From: an uncultured Phycisphaerales bacterium
Lineage (GTDB): Bacteria > Planctomycetota > Phycisphaerae > Tepidisphaerales > Tepidisphaeraceae
Length of the DNA: 64,000 nt
Assembly (NCBI GenBank): GCA_963758525.1
Contig: CAVWVQ010000003.1
Span: 4,320,001 to 4,384,000, forward strand
Direction: 5' to 3'
The position numbers were made by a program, and so were the translations under genes. How positions within the stretch are numbered: position 1 is the first letter of the stretch; the number at the start of each line of letters is the position of its first letter. This document shows positions 10,029 to 21,355 of this stretch, one piece after another. Under the pieces are notes generated by a model, which searched no databases, had not been told where the DNA came from, and was given only the letters and a program-made list of their open reading frames with translations.

Positions 10029-10520
10029 TTATTGATTGGCGTTGACGAGTATCGGGGATTGCTGCGAATCGGCGGGGCAAACTGGTGTCACCGTACTCCA
10101 ATACTTCGCCTGTCCTGGGCTGACCCAATCGGTCCCGCCAGGCTTTTTCACCATGATCTGATCGGAGGCGGATTGCAGCGCAGAGAGACGGGCTTGCCAA
10201 TTATCCGGGAGCGAATTGATCCCCTCCCGCACCTGGTCCGGAAGTGCTTCCAGGTAGCCGCAGAACAGCTTCGATCCGCAGCGGAAAACTCTTGCGCGAT
10301 AGGCCTGCTTGCCGTCGTGGGCAAACGGAAATGCCGTGAGGCTGTTGGAGGTAAACCATGTCTTTCCGTCGTCGTCTGAGAAGAATTCTTTGTTTGCCGG
10401 CGCGGGCGGCGTGTTGCTGGAAACTTGGCGGATGATGGAGAATAAGCTCAGCAGCAGAGCCGCGCCTGCAACCGCGGCCGCTGGAGTCGAATTCTTTCCT
10501 AGTGATTCGCGCAGATTCAT
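10029..10520 (-). CDS. Membrane-anchored hypothetical protein (paralog 1)
   Basis: N-terminal TM helix; FFSDDDGKTWF, AYRARVFRCG, FCGYLE; highly similar to the neighbouring gene. Confidence 0.8.
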   Translation of the reverse strand: MNLRESLGKNSTPAAAVAGAALLLSLFSIIRQVSSNTPPAPANKEFFSDDDGKTWFTSNSLTAFPFAHDGKQAYRARVFRCGSKLFCGYLEALPDQVREGINSLPDNWQARLSALQSASDQIMVKKPGGTDWVSPGQAKYWSTVTPVCPADSQQSPILVNANQ

Positions 10521-10536
10521 TGTGGTTCGTGGTGTA

Positions 10537-11022
10537 TCAGTTCAGGTTCGCGTTGAGACGCTCGGCGTCGGTTCCGTCGGGACATTTTGGATGGGTGATC
10601 TGCTCGAACTGTTTATCGCGCCGATGCACCCATTTCGTGTCGCCCGGCTTTTTTACCGCAATTTGATCGGAGTCAGCCTGCAGTGCCGCGTATCGGGCCT
10701 GCCAGTTGGCGGGCAACGCATTGATCCCATCCCTGGCTCCATCCGGCAGCGATTCCAGATAACCACAGAAGGTCATCGAGCCGCAACGAAAAATCTCCGC
10801 TCGATACGCAGGCTTTCCATCACGATCGAACGGGAACGCGCGAACCATATCGTCTTTAAACCAGGTCTTTCCATCATCCGCGGAAAAATACGCGCTAACG
10901 CCCGACGCGGCGCCCACGCCGCCAGCCTGACGAAAGACGAAAAAGACGCTGACGCCGATTGCTCCGCAAGCAATGATGCCGGCGAGCACTTGATTTTTAT
11001 GGATATTGTCTCGCAGCGCCAT
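10537..11022 (-). CDS. Membrane-anchored hypothetical protein (paralog 2)
   Basis: YFSADDGKTWF, AYRAEIFRCG, FCGYLE, LPANWQAR; likely start MALRDN at 11022. Confidence 0.8.
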   Translation of the reverse strand: MALRDNIHKNQVLAGIIACGAIGVSVFFVFRQAGGVGAASGVSAYFSADDGKTWFKDDMVRAFPFDRDGKPAYRAEIFRCGSMTFCGYLESLPDGARDGINALPANWQARYAALQADSDQIAVKKPGDTKWVHRRDKQFEQITHPKCPDGTDAERLNANLN

Positions 11023-11091
11023 ACACCGATTCCGGCAAAGCCACGGGTGAGAACCAATGCTTTCAAAGCACGGCAAATCTTGTCAAATCGC

Positions 11092-12060
11092 TCATGGCGC
11101 GACGTTTGGCACCAATCCGGTATCTGGATAGATGATGTAATTCAGCGGGCTTCCCGTGGGATTCGTTGTTAGTGACACCCCGCGGACCGATCCGTCGCAA
11201 TACAGAACATTTGATGTGCCAACCTGGCTGCCGTCTGTCCGGATCTTTACGAAGTGGACGATGCTGAAGTCGTGTATTTGCTGATGGCCATTATTGGTAC
11301 TGACCTTCCCCCCGGACACGTTGCAGGTCCAGCGGTAGCCTGACCAACCGTTGATGTAATAGCTCCCCTCTGCACAAAAGTTCTGATAGGAATCACAGAA
11401 GAGCCCGGTGCTCGCCCCGTAAACGCCTCCGCAGTCGGTCAGCTTCAACGGCCTGGAGTAGACAAAACCGTTCCCGCTCGTGTCGGAGGGATCTGCCTGG
11501 GGGCCCGGAAATCCATTTGTCGTAAGGCCACCACCAACCACCTGGTTATACCGATAGGAATACGTTTCGTTAGGATCGTACGAGCCGGCACTGGGCAGCG
11601 TGAGCGGAAGATTTGCCGCGATCGTCGGACACACTTTCGCGGAGCTGTTCAAGGGCATGCCATAATCGTTCAGCACACCATAAACGCCAAACGGCCTGTG
11701 CCCGAGCGGTCCACCAATGTAAGTGTTCGCCGGGGTGGTCGAATAATCGGTATAGAGAGGCGGGAGCTGCCCCTTGTGGTCGGCAGCGTACATGAAGCAG
11801 CATTGTCCGAGCTGGCGCAGATTCGCCTCGCAGGCAACCCATTGTGCCTGCTGTCGGGCAACGGAGAGGGCCGGCATCAGAAGAGAGATCAATACGGCTA
11901 TGATGCCAATCACCACCAGCAGCTCCACGAGGGTAAATCCGGTTCTCCGAAACTGCAGCCTGATCCGTTCCCGGCGGCTTGCTCTACGCGACTCAAATAA
12001 TGGATAGCCAGCGCCATTGGTGTTGACTCCATCCAATGCAAAAGGTGAGGTGTGAGACAT
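11092..12060 (-). CDS. Prepilin-type N-terminal cleavage/methylation domain protein (DUF1559-like, H-X9-DG-type C-terminus)
   Basis: [33 protein letters not shown]-terminal NVLYCDGSV. Confidence 0.92.
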   Translation of the reverse strand: MSHTSPFALDGVNTNGAGYPLFESRRASRRERIRLQFRRTGFTLVELLVVIGIIAVLISLLMPALSVARQQAQWVACEANLRQLGQCCFMYAADHKGQLPPLYTDYSTTPANTYIGGPLGHRPFGVYGVLNDYGMPLNSSAKVCPTIAANLPLTLPSAGSYDPNETYSYRYNQVVGGGLTTNGFPGPQADPSDTSGNGFVYSRPLKLTDCGGVYGASTGLFCDSYQNFCAEGSYYINGWSGYRWTCNVSGGKVSTNNGHQQIHDFSIVHFVKIRTDGSQVGTSNVLYCDGSVRGVSLTTNPTGSPLNYIIYPDTGLVPNVAP

Positions 12061-12309
12061 GATCGTTTCCTCGAGCGGGGGTGTGACGCCACGGCTCCGA
12101 CGAAGCGCCCTCGCGAGCGGCGGGAGCCTGCTTAAGATTTCGTTTATGCCACATATAATACGCCGTCGGCGGTGTGTCTCAAAGCTAGCTTTGCGTATTA
12201 CTCTGCTCAGTTTGCGTCACCAATGAGAAGCGCCGTTTGGACACGCTGGCGGCAGATGCAAAGCGAAGCACTGCGCAACGGCGCATCTCCATACCTGATC
12301 CCCAATCAC

Positions 12310-13365
12310 TCAGCCTGTGACCGTCGTCACCGGCTCCGCATGACGAATATGCGCTTCTACGGGACGATGCGACGAACGCATCGCCAACTCCTCCGTCACC
12401 GCGTATTTCAAGGGCTTGCCCGCCAGATATCGCTCGAGCTCATCGACCATGCATCGCCCCATCCGCCGGCACTCCGGGCCGGCCGACCCCGCGATGTGAG
12501 GGGTGAGCACCACGTTCTCCAGTTGATACAGCGGAGAATCAGGCTCCGGCGGTTCCTTGACTGTCACGTCCAATACCGCCTGCAGATCGGTTCGCCGTGA
12601 GAGCACGGCGATCAATTCCGCCTCGCGCACCAGTTCACCGCGTGCGGTGTTGATAAACGTGGCGACGGGTTTCATCGAAGCGATGTGCTCGCCGGTGATC
12701 ATTCCCCGTGTTTCGGGAAACGATGGCGTGTGAAGCGAAACCACATCGCTGCGCCGAAAGAGATCGTCCAGCGACACCTGCTCCACGCCCAAATCTTTGG
12801 CTTCCTCGCTCGCGAGGAACGGGTCGTGGACCAGCACGTTGAGATTGAACGGCCGGAGCAGCTTCAGAAATTTCCGGGCGATCGCGCCCAGCGAAATGAG
12901 CCCAACGGTGCTGCCATAGCAGCCGGGAACCTGATTGCGATCCGGATGCCGGCGATGTTCCCCCGTTTGCCGCGCCAGCCGCCAGCCGTGCTTCAGAGAG
13001 AATAGAGTCGCAGCCAGCGCATATTCCGCGACCGGGACCGCATTCGCTTCCAGTGCGGTGGTAAGGACAATCCCGCGCTCCCACACGGCGGCCGTGAGGA
13101 TCGAGCCGACGGATCCGGCCCCGTAGAAGACCGCCTTGAGACGGGGCGTGGCCGACAGGAATGCCTCGTCAAGGAGCGGCCCGCCCCAGCCGGAAAAGAG
13201 CACGTCGACGTGTGCCAGAAGTTCCTGGCGGCCGAGCAACTCACGGGTTGACAGAGGCGGGGCGACAATGTCGACCAATGCCGCAATGTCGCATTGTTCC
13301 TCAGGGCCATAGATCAGCCCGAAGGAGTTTGGGTCCAAAACATATAACCCGCGAAGTCGCGACAT
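12310..13365 (-). CDS. D-2-hydroxyacid dehydrogenase family protein
   Basis: VGLISLGAIA, INTARG, DVT..EP and TPHIAG motifs. Confidence 0.92.
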   Translation of the reverse strand: MSRLRGLYVLDPNSFGLIYGPEEQCDIAALVDIVAPPLSTRELLGRQELLAHVDVLFSGWGGPLLDEAFLSATPRLKAVFYGAGSVGSILTAAVWERGIVLTTALEANAVPVAEYALAATLFSLKHGWRLARQTGEHRRHPDRNQVPGCYGSTVGLISLGAIARKFLKLLRPFNLNVLVHDPFLASEEAKDLGVEQVSLDDLFRRSDVVSLHTPSFPETRGMITGEHIASMKPVATFINTARGELVREAELIAVLSRRTDLQAVLDVTVKEPPEPDSPLYQLENVVLTPHIAGSAGPECRRMGRCMVDELERYLAGKPLKYAVTEELAMRSSHRPVEAHIRHAEPVTTVTG

Positions 13366-13607
13366 CAGTAATTCCTCAACGGCGAGATTTTGAGCGTATC
13401 ATTCGCAGTCGCGATCATCCTTCTGCGTCGACGGCCTATCAGCATCGGCAGGGCTCCGCCCAAAACCAGCGTCGCGGTGGCGGGCTCGGGCGTGGCGCTG
13501 TACGTCAGCGCGAGACTGCCGCTGCCGCCGGTGCCCAGCACATCGAGGTGGAAGTAGCTGCCCGGTTCAGTAACTGTGTTTGTCCACGCGTCTATCAAAC
13601 CCCTCAA
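13365..13607 (-). pseudogene. Truncated PEP-CTERM protein (C-terminal fragment only)
   Basis: ..TPEPATATLVLGGALPMLIGRRRRR sorting signal with only ~40 residues upstream and no signal peptide. Confidence 0.65.
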
Positions 13608-13795
13608 TAACCGCTTTCAGCACACACTTCTCGATGGTAACCATGCAGGGCCACCGCAAAAAAGCATCTTTTGCTTGTTTCATTGCTCATTTTGCGTCAT
13701 AACATAATTTGACGCACTCGGCGATTCCGCCTTGCAGTTGATTAGAAAGTTGGGGGCTTTTCCGTTCTTTGGCTGAGAAAAAAATTGGATCAAGC

Positions 13796-14959
13796 ATGGC
13801 GGACAAGCGGCTGATTGTCGGAGTAGCTGTCAATGGAATGACCAACTACGGCCGTGCGATTCTCCGTGGCGTGGCGCGCTACTCGAACACACGGCACGAA
13901 TGGCTGCTTCACGAGGATCTGCGTTTGCGGAATCCGGAGCGTCACCCTTGGCCGGAGTGCGATGGAGCGATTGTCGCCGGCGTCAATGCTCAGTTTCTCA
14001 AAGCCGTCCGGCTTCGCTCCCGGCATATCGTCAGTTGCTCCGGCAGTCACGATCCGAAACAATTTCCTGTCGTCTGCGCCGACAGTGTGGCGATCGGTCG
14101 CATCGCTGCCGAGCACCTCATGGAATGCCGGCTGCGCCACTTCGCGTTTTACGGTGCTGGGCGCGGAGGAATTACGACCCGACGTCTTGAGGGCTTCGAA
14201 GCGGCGCTGAGCGCACGCGGCTTTTCCTGCAGGCAGGTGCCATTGGACACGCAGGACCAAAATCAGTTCGTGGAGCATTCCCATTGGCCGGCGCTGATCG
14301 ACTGGCTTCAGGCTCTCCCCAAGCCGGCAGGCATCTTCGCCATTGATGATTCTCTCGCCCACGATCTCGCCGCCGCCTGCCTGGCAGCCGATATCGCCGT
14401 GCCGGATCGTGTCGCCATCATCGGCGCCAACAATGATGACCTGGTCTGCGAAACCTCATTTCCGCCTCTGTCCAGTGTCGAAGTCGATTTCAGCCGGGTG
14501 GGATATCTCGCGGCGCGCCAGTTGGATGGCCTGTTGCACGGCGACGCGCTTCCGGATGCAGAGCGGGTGATTCATGTTCCGCCGCTGGGCGTTGTCCAGC
14601 GTCTGAGCACCAATGTGCAGGCGGTCGATGATCCGCAGTTGGCCGCGGCGGTCGCGTTCATCCGCGATCACGCCTGCGATCCGTGCGATGTCAGCGACAT
14701 TATGAAGGAAGTGCCCGTAAGTCGAAGCTGGCTGGAAAGGCAGTTCGCCCAGAAGCTGAACCGCACGCCGCATGATGAGATCGTTCGCGTTCGAGTAGAG
14801 CGGGCGCGCCGGCTGCTGCTGGAATCAGATGAGAAGATCGAGCGTGTTGCGGGTCGCTGCGGATTCACGGCCGTGCAGAACTTCGGGCGTGTTTTTCGCC
14901 AAGCGATGGGGACAACGCCCGCGGCTTTCCGCCGGGCGCATTACCGGGGCGGCGTGTAG
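13796..14959 (+). CDS. XylR-like transcriptional regulator (periplasmic-binding-like domain + AraC HTH)
   Basis: YGRAILRG, PPLSSV, C-terminal AraC ERVAGRCGF..NFGRVFRQAMGTTPAAFR. Confidence 0.92.
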   Translation: MADKRLIVGVAVNGMTNYGRAILRGVARYSNTRHEWLLHEDLRLRNPERHPWPECDGAIVAGVNAQFLKAVRLRSRHIVSCSGSHDPKQFPVVCADSVAIGRIAAEHLMECRLRHFAFYGAGRGGITTRRLEGFEAALSARGFSCRQVPLDTQDQNQFVEHSHWPALIDWLQALPKPAGIFAIDDSLAHDLAAACLAADIAVPDRVAIIGANNDDLVCETSFPPLSSVEVDFSRVGYLAARQLDGLLHGDALPDAERVIHVPPLGVVQRLSTNVQAVDDPQLAAAVAFIRDHACDPCDVSDIMKEVPVSRSWLERQFAQKLNRTPHDEIVRVRVERARRLLLESDEKIERVAGRCGFTAVQNFGRVFRQAMGTTPAAFRRAHYRGGV

Positions 14960-15008
14960 CCTCCGAGCGGCGGGGTGGGTGAGTCTTCAGTTCTCAAGCC
15001 GCTTGGAA

Positions 15009-15779
15009 CTAACGGACCTCCTCCAACAGCGCACAAAGCGTGAGCACATCATTCTTAAACTGTTCGACGTCGCCGTCCCGGACAAATTCCAGCGAGGCGT
15101 GCCGTCGTACTGCGGTCTGTGACAGCAGGCGGAAATATTCTCGCCAGCGTGGCGCGCCCGCCTCCAGCGGCAGGCGATGCTCGTGATCCGGCCACCAGTG
15201 GAACACGTGGACGTTCTGGACGTGTTCGAGCATGAATCGCAACCCCCGCGCGCACTCGTCCTGCTCCACTCCGTTGGGCGGTTGCCAATAGGTCGTGAGA
15301 TTCGGCCGCGCGATTGCATTGACTAGTTGCAGCGCCGCTTCGGGTCGATCGCAGAGCGTCCCGGCGTGAAATTCCAGCGCCACGCCGATTCCGTCAGCGG
15401 CCGCTCTGTCACAGGCAGACGCAAGATCGGTGATGATCGCGCATCGCGTTGACGAGTCCGCCTCCGAAGATCCCATGTTCCCCGCCCAGACGCGGACGAT
15501 CGGAGCGCCCAGAGCCAGCGCCGTCTTGCATGCCGAGTCGAACGTCAGCCCCTGCGATTGGCTGACAGCCGCCCGGTAGTACGATCCATAGGCCGATACC
15601 TCCAAGCCGGAGGCGGTCGTCAACTGGCCCACGCGCGCCGCGGCCGCCAGATCTCCGTGCGGCACATGGACGTCGCCGCCCCATTCGATACTGCGCAAGC
15701 CGGCCTCAACACAGAGCGCAACGATCCTCTCCGGCGGCAACTCGCGAAAGGTGATGGAAACGAGTCCTGGAATCAGCAT
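15009..15779 (-). CDS. Sugar phosphate isomerase/epimerase (TIM barrel)
   Basis: GLVSITFR, IEWGGDVHVPHG, LEFH, HVFHW, LEFV. Confidence 0.88.
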   Translation of the reverse strand: MLIPGLVSITFRELPPERIVALCVEAGLRSIEWGGDVHVPHGDLAAAARVGQLTTASGLEVSAYGSYYRAAVSQSQGLTFDSACKTALALGAPIVRVWAGNMGSSEADSSTRCAIITDLASACDRAAADGIGVALEFHAGTLCDRPEAALQLVNAIARPNLTTYWQPPNGVEQDECARGLRFMLEHVQNVHVFHWWPDHEHRLPLEAGAPRWREYFRLLSQTAVRRHASLEFVRDGDVEQFKNDVLTLCALLEEVR

Positions 15780-16198
15780 GGAAATCCACGTGACCTTGCG
15801 CGATCACGCGCTTTGTGAAACCACATTGAGCGGCTGCGCCGCAGGGCAGCATCGCCTTCGCACTGGGTGTGTTCCCGCGCGTTCATTGAGGCTATATGAC
15901 CTTGCGCGATTACGCGCTTCCAAAAACCGTTTAGCGGCTGCCCTAAGGGCAGCATACTGCTGGCACGTGCGCGTAATCGCGCACGTTCCTTCAGTTAGAG
16001 CGCGTATCGTGTCAAATGGTGATCAGCGCACAAGCATTACGAAATTCTCGGGTGTGGCGATTAGTAGTGGCGATCGATCGCCTTGCTCCGCCTCTCGGAT
16101 AGCGATCGGTCGACTCTGGCTGCTTTGGCGGTAGACTTTGCCTGGTTAGGCGAGCTTCGTTTGGGCGCGATCGACTCTTTCTGCAAAACGAGTTTCTC

Positions 16199-19100
16199 AT
16201 GACAAAGCGATCCGCCCGGCGGCGAATTCCCACGGGATCTCCGATGATTCCGCGGCCAGCCTGCAGCCATGCGCTGGCGTCGGCATCTGCTTGGGTCGAG
16301 TTGCTCGAACGCCGAGTCTTCTTGTCTGCAAGTGTTCCGGCATTTCAGTCGCCGATGCAGGTCTCGGCCGGCTCTTCGCCGGTCGCGTTGACTACCGACG
16401 ACTTGGACGGTGACGGCAACGAGGATCTTGCCGTCGCCGACAGCAGCACTAACAGCGTGAGCGTTCTGCTCGGGAATGGCGACGGGACGTTTGGCAAGCC
16501 GGCGAGTTATCCGGTCGGCGCCGATCCGACGGCGATCGCGACAGACGATCTCAATGACGATGGCTATGACGATATCGTCACTGCCGATGCCGGCAGCGGC
16601 GATATCAGCGTCCTGCTCGCCAAGGTCGATTCCGACGGCAATCAAACCGGCGGCTTCGCAAAAGCGATGACGTTCCACGTCGAGCCCGGCGGGCAGGGGC
16701 CGGTGTCTCTCGTAACCGACGATTTCAACAACGACGGCAACGACGACATCGCCGTGGCCGGCGCCGGGGGCCTTTATGTCCTGCTCGGAAATGGGGACGG
16801 GACGCTTCAGAAGCCGATGAAAGTCTCGGGCGATCCGCTCGTCGGCATAGTGAGCGGCGACTTTAACCAGGATGGCAATGAGGACCTGGCAGTCACGAAT
16901 CCAACAGCGGGTAAGGTGGAAGTTTTCGCCGGTAACGGCGATGGGACCTTCGGCGCCCATTGAGCGAGACGGCGGCTCCGGGTGTAACGGGAATTACGAC
17001 AGGGGACTTCAACAGCGATGGCGTCACCGATCTTGCGGTCACCATGCCTGGACAGAATCAGGTCGACGTGCTCCTGGGAAACACAACGACGGTGACTGAA
17101 ACAGAGCCGCCGATTCCGATCGATCCGATTCCCGTTTCTCCGATCGCAACTCCCCTTGCTACCAACTCGGCGGTTTCATCCACGGGCCCGGTCTTCCTTG
17201 GCGGATCTAGCGGCAGCGACTTCACTTACTCGACCGGCACCGGCACGTTTGCTGCGCCGATCGTCATCCCAATCTCCGGCCGGCCGATGTCGATCACCGT
17301 GGACGATGTCAACGGCGACGGCATCGACGACCTGATCATTGCCAATGCCTCCGCGAATGCCGTAACGGTTGTCCCCGGCAACGGCGACGGCACGTTCGGC
17401 GCCGCAGTCGACGTTCCGATGGGCGCCAGCCCGTCGGCGGTTGCCACCGATGACTTCAACAACGACGCCGGGATCGATGTTGCCGCGGTCAACTCCTCAG
17501 GCACCGTGAGCGTTGCACTGCAGCAGTCCGCCGACGTCGGCGTCGCGCTGGCTGCAAGCGGCCCAAGCGTCGTGTTGAATTCCAACCTCACCTATACGGA
17601 ATTGGTGACCAACACCGGCCCCGGCTCGGCCTCCAATGTTACTCTTATCGATAATCTTCCGGCCGGAGCGACGCTCGTTTCGGCAACCAGCAGCACGGGA
17701 TCGGTCGATACAACCACCAACAGCGGCGAGGCGGACGTCAAACTCGGCAGTCTCGCCAGTGGGGCGTCGGCAACGGTGACCATTGTCCTCAAACCGACTG
17801 CCTACGGCACCTTGAGCAACAGCGTCTCGATCAACTCCGACTCGATCGATCCGTCTTACGACAACAACTATGCCAGCGTCGATACACCGGTCGTCGGCAG
17901 CAGCGGGGCGGAAGTGGCCGTCACGTCTGACGCCGGCGGTTACTTCGCGCAGGTCGGTCAGGACATCACCGATTCATTTACGGTCACCAACAACGGCCCC
18001 GAGGGCGCGAGCGGCCTCTCCTTCACCGACGCGCTCCCCAGCGGCGTTACCTATGTCTCCAGCAGCACGAGCCAGGGGACCATCACCGGAAGCTCGGCGA
18101 CGCAGGTCTCCGCGAGCCTGGGCGATCTCGCAGTCGGGGCGTCGGCAACGGTATCCGTCACTTTCACCGCATCCGCAACAGGTCAGCTCACCGATACCGC
18201 GGCAGTGAGCGCCGCTGATCCCAGCACCGACCCGTACGCCGCCGACAATACCGCGACGGCAAACACCTTTGTCTTCGGCCGATACCACCCCGGGCCGATC
18301 CCGATTTTGCCGATCAGCATTCCCGGAGGAGCGAACGGCGGCCTCTACACGCTGGCGTCGACCTCCGGCGCATTGTCGACTTCGGCCGCCGCTGGTCCTG
18401 CGGACGCGGCGCCAACGATCAGCATCGCCAATGTCAGGAAAGTCGACGTTGCCAAGGGAACCACCGACTTCACGTTCACTGTCACTCGATCGGGCAATCT
18501 GAATGGCACGTCATCGCTGCGTTACCAAACCGTCGATGGCACCGCCAAATCCGGCATCGCCTACCAGGCCAGCAAGGGGGAGCTTTCGTTTGCCGCGGGA
18601 GTTGCACAGCAATCGGTGACGGTGCAGGTCAACGGCTCCACGGCGCATTTGCCGGATCAGACTTTCGTCGTCGAACTGACCGGCGCGAATAATGCCACGC
18701 TCAAGCGCTCCCGAGCCACGGGCACGATCATCAGCGCCACGAAAAAGGGCGCCGCCAAATCGATTCCAAAGCCCAAGCCCGCGGCGAATCCAGCGGCGGA
18801 TGGATTGAAGATCAACTTCGAGCCTGCCAGCGGTCCTGCCGTCGCGGGTTATCTTGAGGATACGGGTCTGCCTTACGGCGACCGCGGCAACAGCCTCACG
18901 TTCGGCTGGAGCAGCGACAATACCGCCAATGCCGCCACTCGCCCCGGCGTGAAGGATCCGCGCAACGCCACGTTTAATCTGCTCGGATCCCCCGGTGCAG
19001 CGATCTGGCAGATCGCGCTCCCTGACGGGCGATACACCGTTCAGATCGGCGCGGGCGATTCGACGATTACTTCCGGCGCAGATGCCATCGAAGCCAACGG

Positions 19101-19251
19101 CAAGCTTGTCGTCAACGCCAAGCTCAAAAAGAATCATCCGTTCGTCTCCGGAACCGCGGCAGTAAGCGTGAGCAATGGTGTGTTGGCGCTGACAGATGCG
19201 CTATCGACCGCCGCGCCGGTGGATTTCGTGAGGATCAAATTCAAAGGGTAG
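16199..19251 (+). CDS. Secreted FG-GAP/VCBS repeat protein with DUF11, Calx-beta and carbohydrate-binding-like domains; frameshift at ~16955
   Basis: Planctomycete LERRVFLS motif; repeated DFNxDGxxDLAV..LGNGDGTF; TNTGP/TNNGP..D-LP DUF11 repeats; YQTVDGTA Calx-beta. Confidence 0.85.
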
Positions 19252-19464
19252 CGCTGGTGCTCGCGTCTCACGTCAGCACGCCGATCGCAGCCGCGGATGT
19301 ACATCCGCGGCTTCCGTCCCCGTTATGGCGAGGGTCCACCACAAGAAGTCTATGACGTGACCAGCGTGCGACATTCAGGCTTGCACCATCTCGAGTATAC
19401 AAGCCGGGACAATATGCGCCGTAGCACCGTCACGATAGAATACCAAGCGGAGGTACAGCCTACC

Positions 19465-19710
19465 ATGAACGTCATCCTTAGCGCCGAGACACAGCAACTG
19501 TTGGACGAACGAATGAAGAAGGCCGGATTCGCCAGCGCGGATGACGCGCTTCGCTTTGCTCTTCAGACGCTGGAACAACTCGAAGCCGAGGATCTGGATG
19601 ACGATACGTTGGCGGCCATCGAAGAAGGTCTCTCGCAGGCGAACCGCGGTGAGGGCAAGCCGTGGGAAATAGTTCGGGCAGAACTGCGGGCAAAATACAT
19701 CGCGGAGTAG
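19465..19710 (+). CDS. ParD-like ribbon-helix-helix antitoxin (orphan)
   Basis: GGAGG RBS; MNVILSAETQQLL..GFASADDALR..AIEEGLSQANRGEG. Confidence 0.75.
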   Translation: MNVILSAETQQLLDERMKKAGFASADDALRFALQTLEQLEAEDLDDDTLAAIEEGLSQANRGEGKPWEIVRAELRAKYIAE

Positions 19711-19809
19711 GGGAAATGCCGCCTAATCAATACGGCGCTCGTCAGCAGCTGCCGCACCTCGGGCGACCAAATGATTTCGAATAAATGGTAGCGAGACCCC
19801 TGCGAACGA

Positions 19810-21136
19810 CTACTTCGTCGCCTGGGCCGTCGCCTCGGCCGATCGCGGCTTCCCATCCGCCCTTGCGCACGTACGCAACGTGCGTCCGCAAGTTATACAA
19901 CTGCTCCGCAAAGGATACGGGAAGCTTGAGCGTCCCCAGTTCTTTTTCCATCGCCGCCAATTGCTGCTGGACGCCGTCAATTTCCGCCGGCGAGGAGTTG
20001 CGGTTGAGCGTCTCTTCGAGCCGCCGCAAACGCTTGTAGCGGTGCAGGATCTTGCTCTGCATGCGCCATTTGTACGCGATCGGCATCATGCGGATCAGCG
20101 GCACCAGCACCACCAGCAACGGCACGATCAGAATCAGCGTGCGCTCGACCAGGGACGCGAGCCAGAAGGGGAGGATGCGCTGGAGGAAGTTGGGTTTGTT
20201 TTTGAGGAAGTAGAGAGCGTCTTTGTTGATCGGCAGCTCTGAGCGGTCGGCGCTGGGAAACGTGCCTGGGTCGGAGAGCAGCGTCGCGCCGCCGTTGGTT
20301 TGCTCTGCCGCGCGAACGAGAAGCTGGATGATCGCTTCATGCGTCGAATCGCGGATGGCAATTGTAGCCGGAGCGGCGATGAGCTGAACGTCGGCTTCGG
20401 GAAGATCTCGCTTGATGTCGACCACGCCCTGGTACAGCGTGATGGCTGAGAGGAACGGGTGCCGCCGGCCATACGCGCGGGCGTGATCGAAGCTCATGAG
20501 ATGGATGCCGGGTGTTTCGAGCAGACGGGCGATCAGCGGCGCATCGGGGGAGATGACATAGAACGCGGCATCGATCTGGCCGGACACGAGAGCATCGGCG
20601 GCTTTGTCGCCGCCCTCGTCGAGGAGCTTCGTATTCGCCGTGTTGTCGGAGACGCCTGCCTCATTCAGCAGCATCTGCGCCATCGCGCGCACTCCGCTTC
20701 CCTCGCCGCCGATGGCGATTTTCTTTCCGGCGAGTTGGGGCAATTCGGTGATCCGCGGCTCGCCACGGTAGAAGACCAATACTGGTTCGTAATAAATCCC
20801 TGCAACCGCCTGGATGTGCGGCCGATCCGAGGCGGGGGGCGAAGAGCCGCCCTGAACGATGGCGATGTCGACGTCCCCATGGGGAGTGTCGAGCAGCTTG
20901 AAATTGTCGAACGATCCGCCGGTTTCCCGCACTTCCAGCTCGATGCCGTTGGCAGCGAAATAGCGGGCGTACTTCTGTGCCGTCGCATAGTAGACGCCGT
21001 CTTTCGAGCCCGTCGCGATCACCACGCGATGGGGCGGGGCAGGTTTGACGAAATGCCATGCAGCCAGGAACGCCCCGATCGACAACAGCAGCACGGGAAT
21101 GCCGACGCGCAACAATTCCTGCCTTGATTCTGTCAT
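19810..21136 (-). CDS. TAXI family TRAP transporter solute-binding/membrane protein
   Basis: ATGSKDGVYY, ETGGSFDN, IAIGGEGSG, C-terminal LYNLRTHV; a 2-nt correction at GCGC 19865 gives a stop at 19810 (ORF track ends at 19742). Confidence 0.85.
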
Positions 21137-21355
21137 TCGATCCGAACGAGGCCGATCAGTTTTTGCATTGGACGACAACGAACTACCTCGCGCAATTTTC
21201 AAACGATCCGACCCAGGCGATCCGCTTCGCCGAGTTCGACGATTCGTTCAGGACGGCGGGATTGTAGCGAAATGGTTCGTGACAAAACAAAATTCGCGGA
21301 ACTTTCTCCACACGCCGTCGTCTACAGCACGCGGGGGAGCATGACGGAGGTTCTG

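Noticed and set aside
1989..19300. Integrated prophage or ICE at tmRNA
   Set aside because: No integrase, no phage or conjugation genes, and I found no duplicated tmRNA 3' end.
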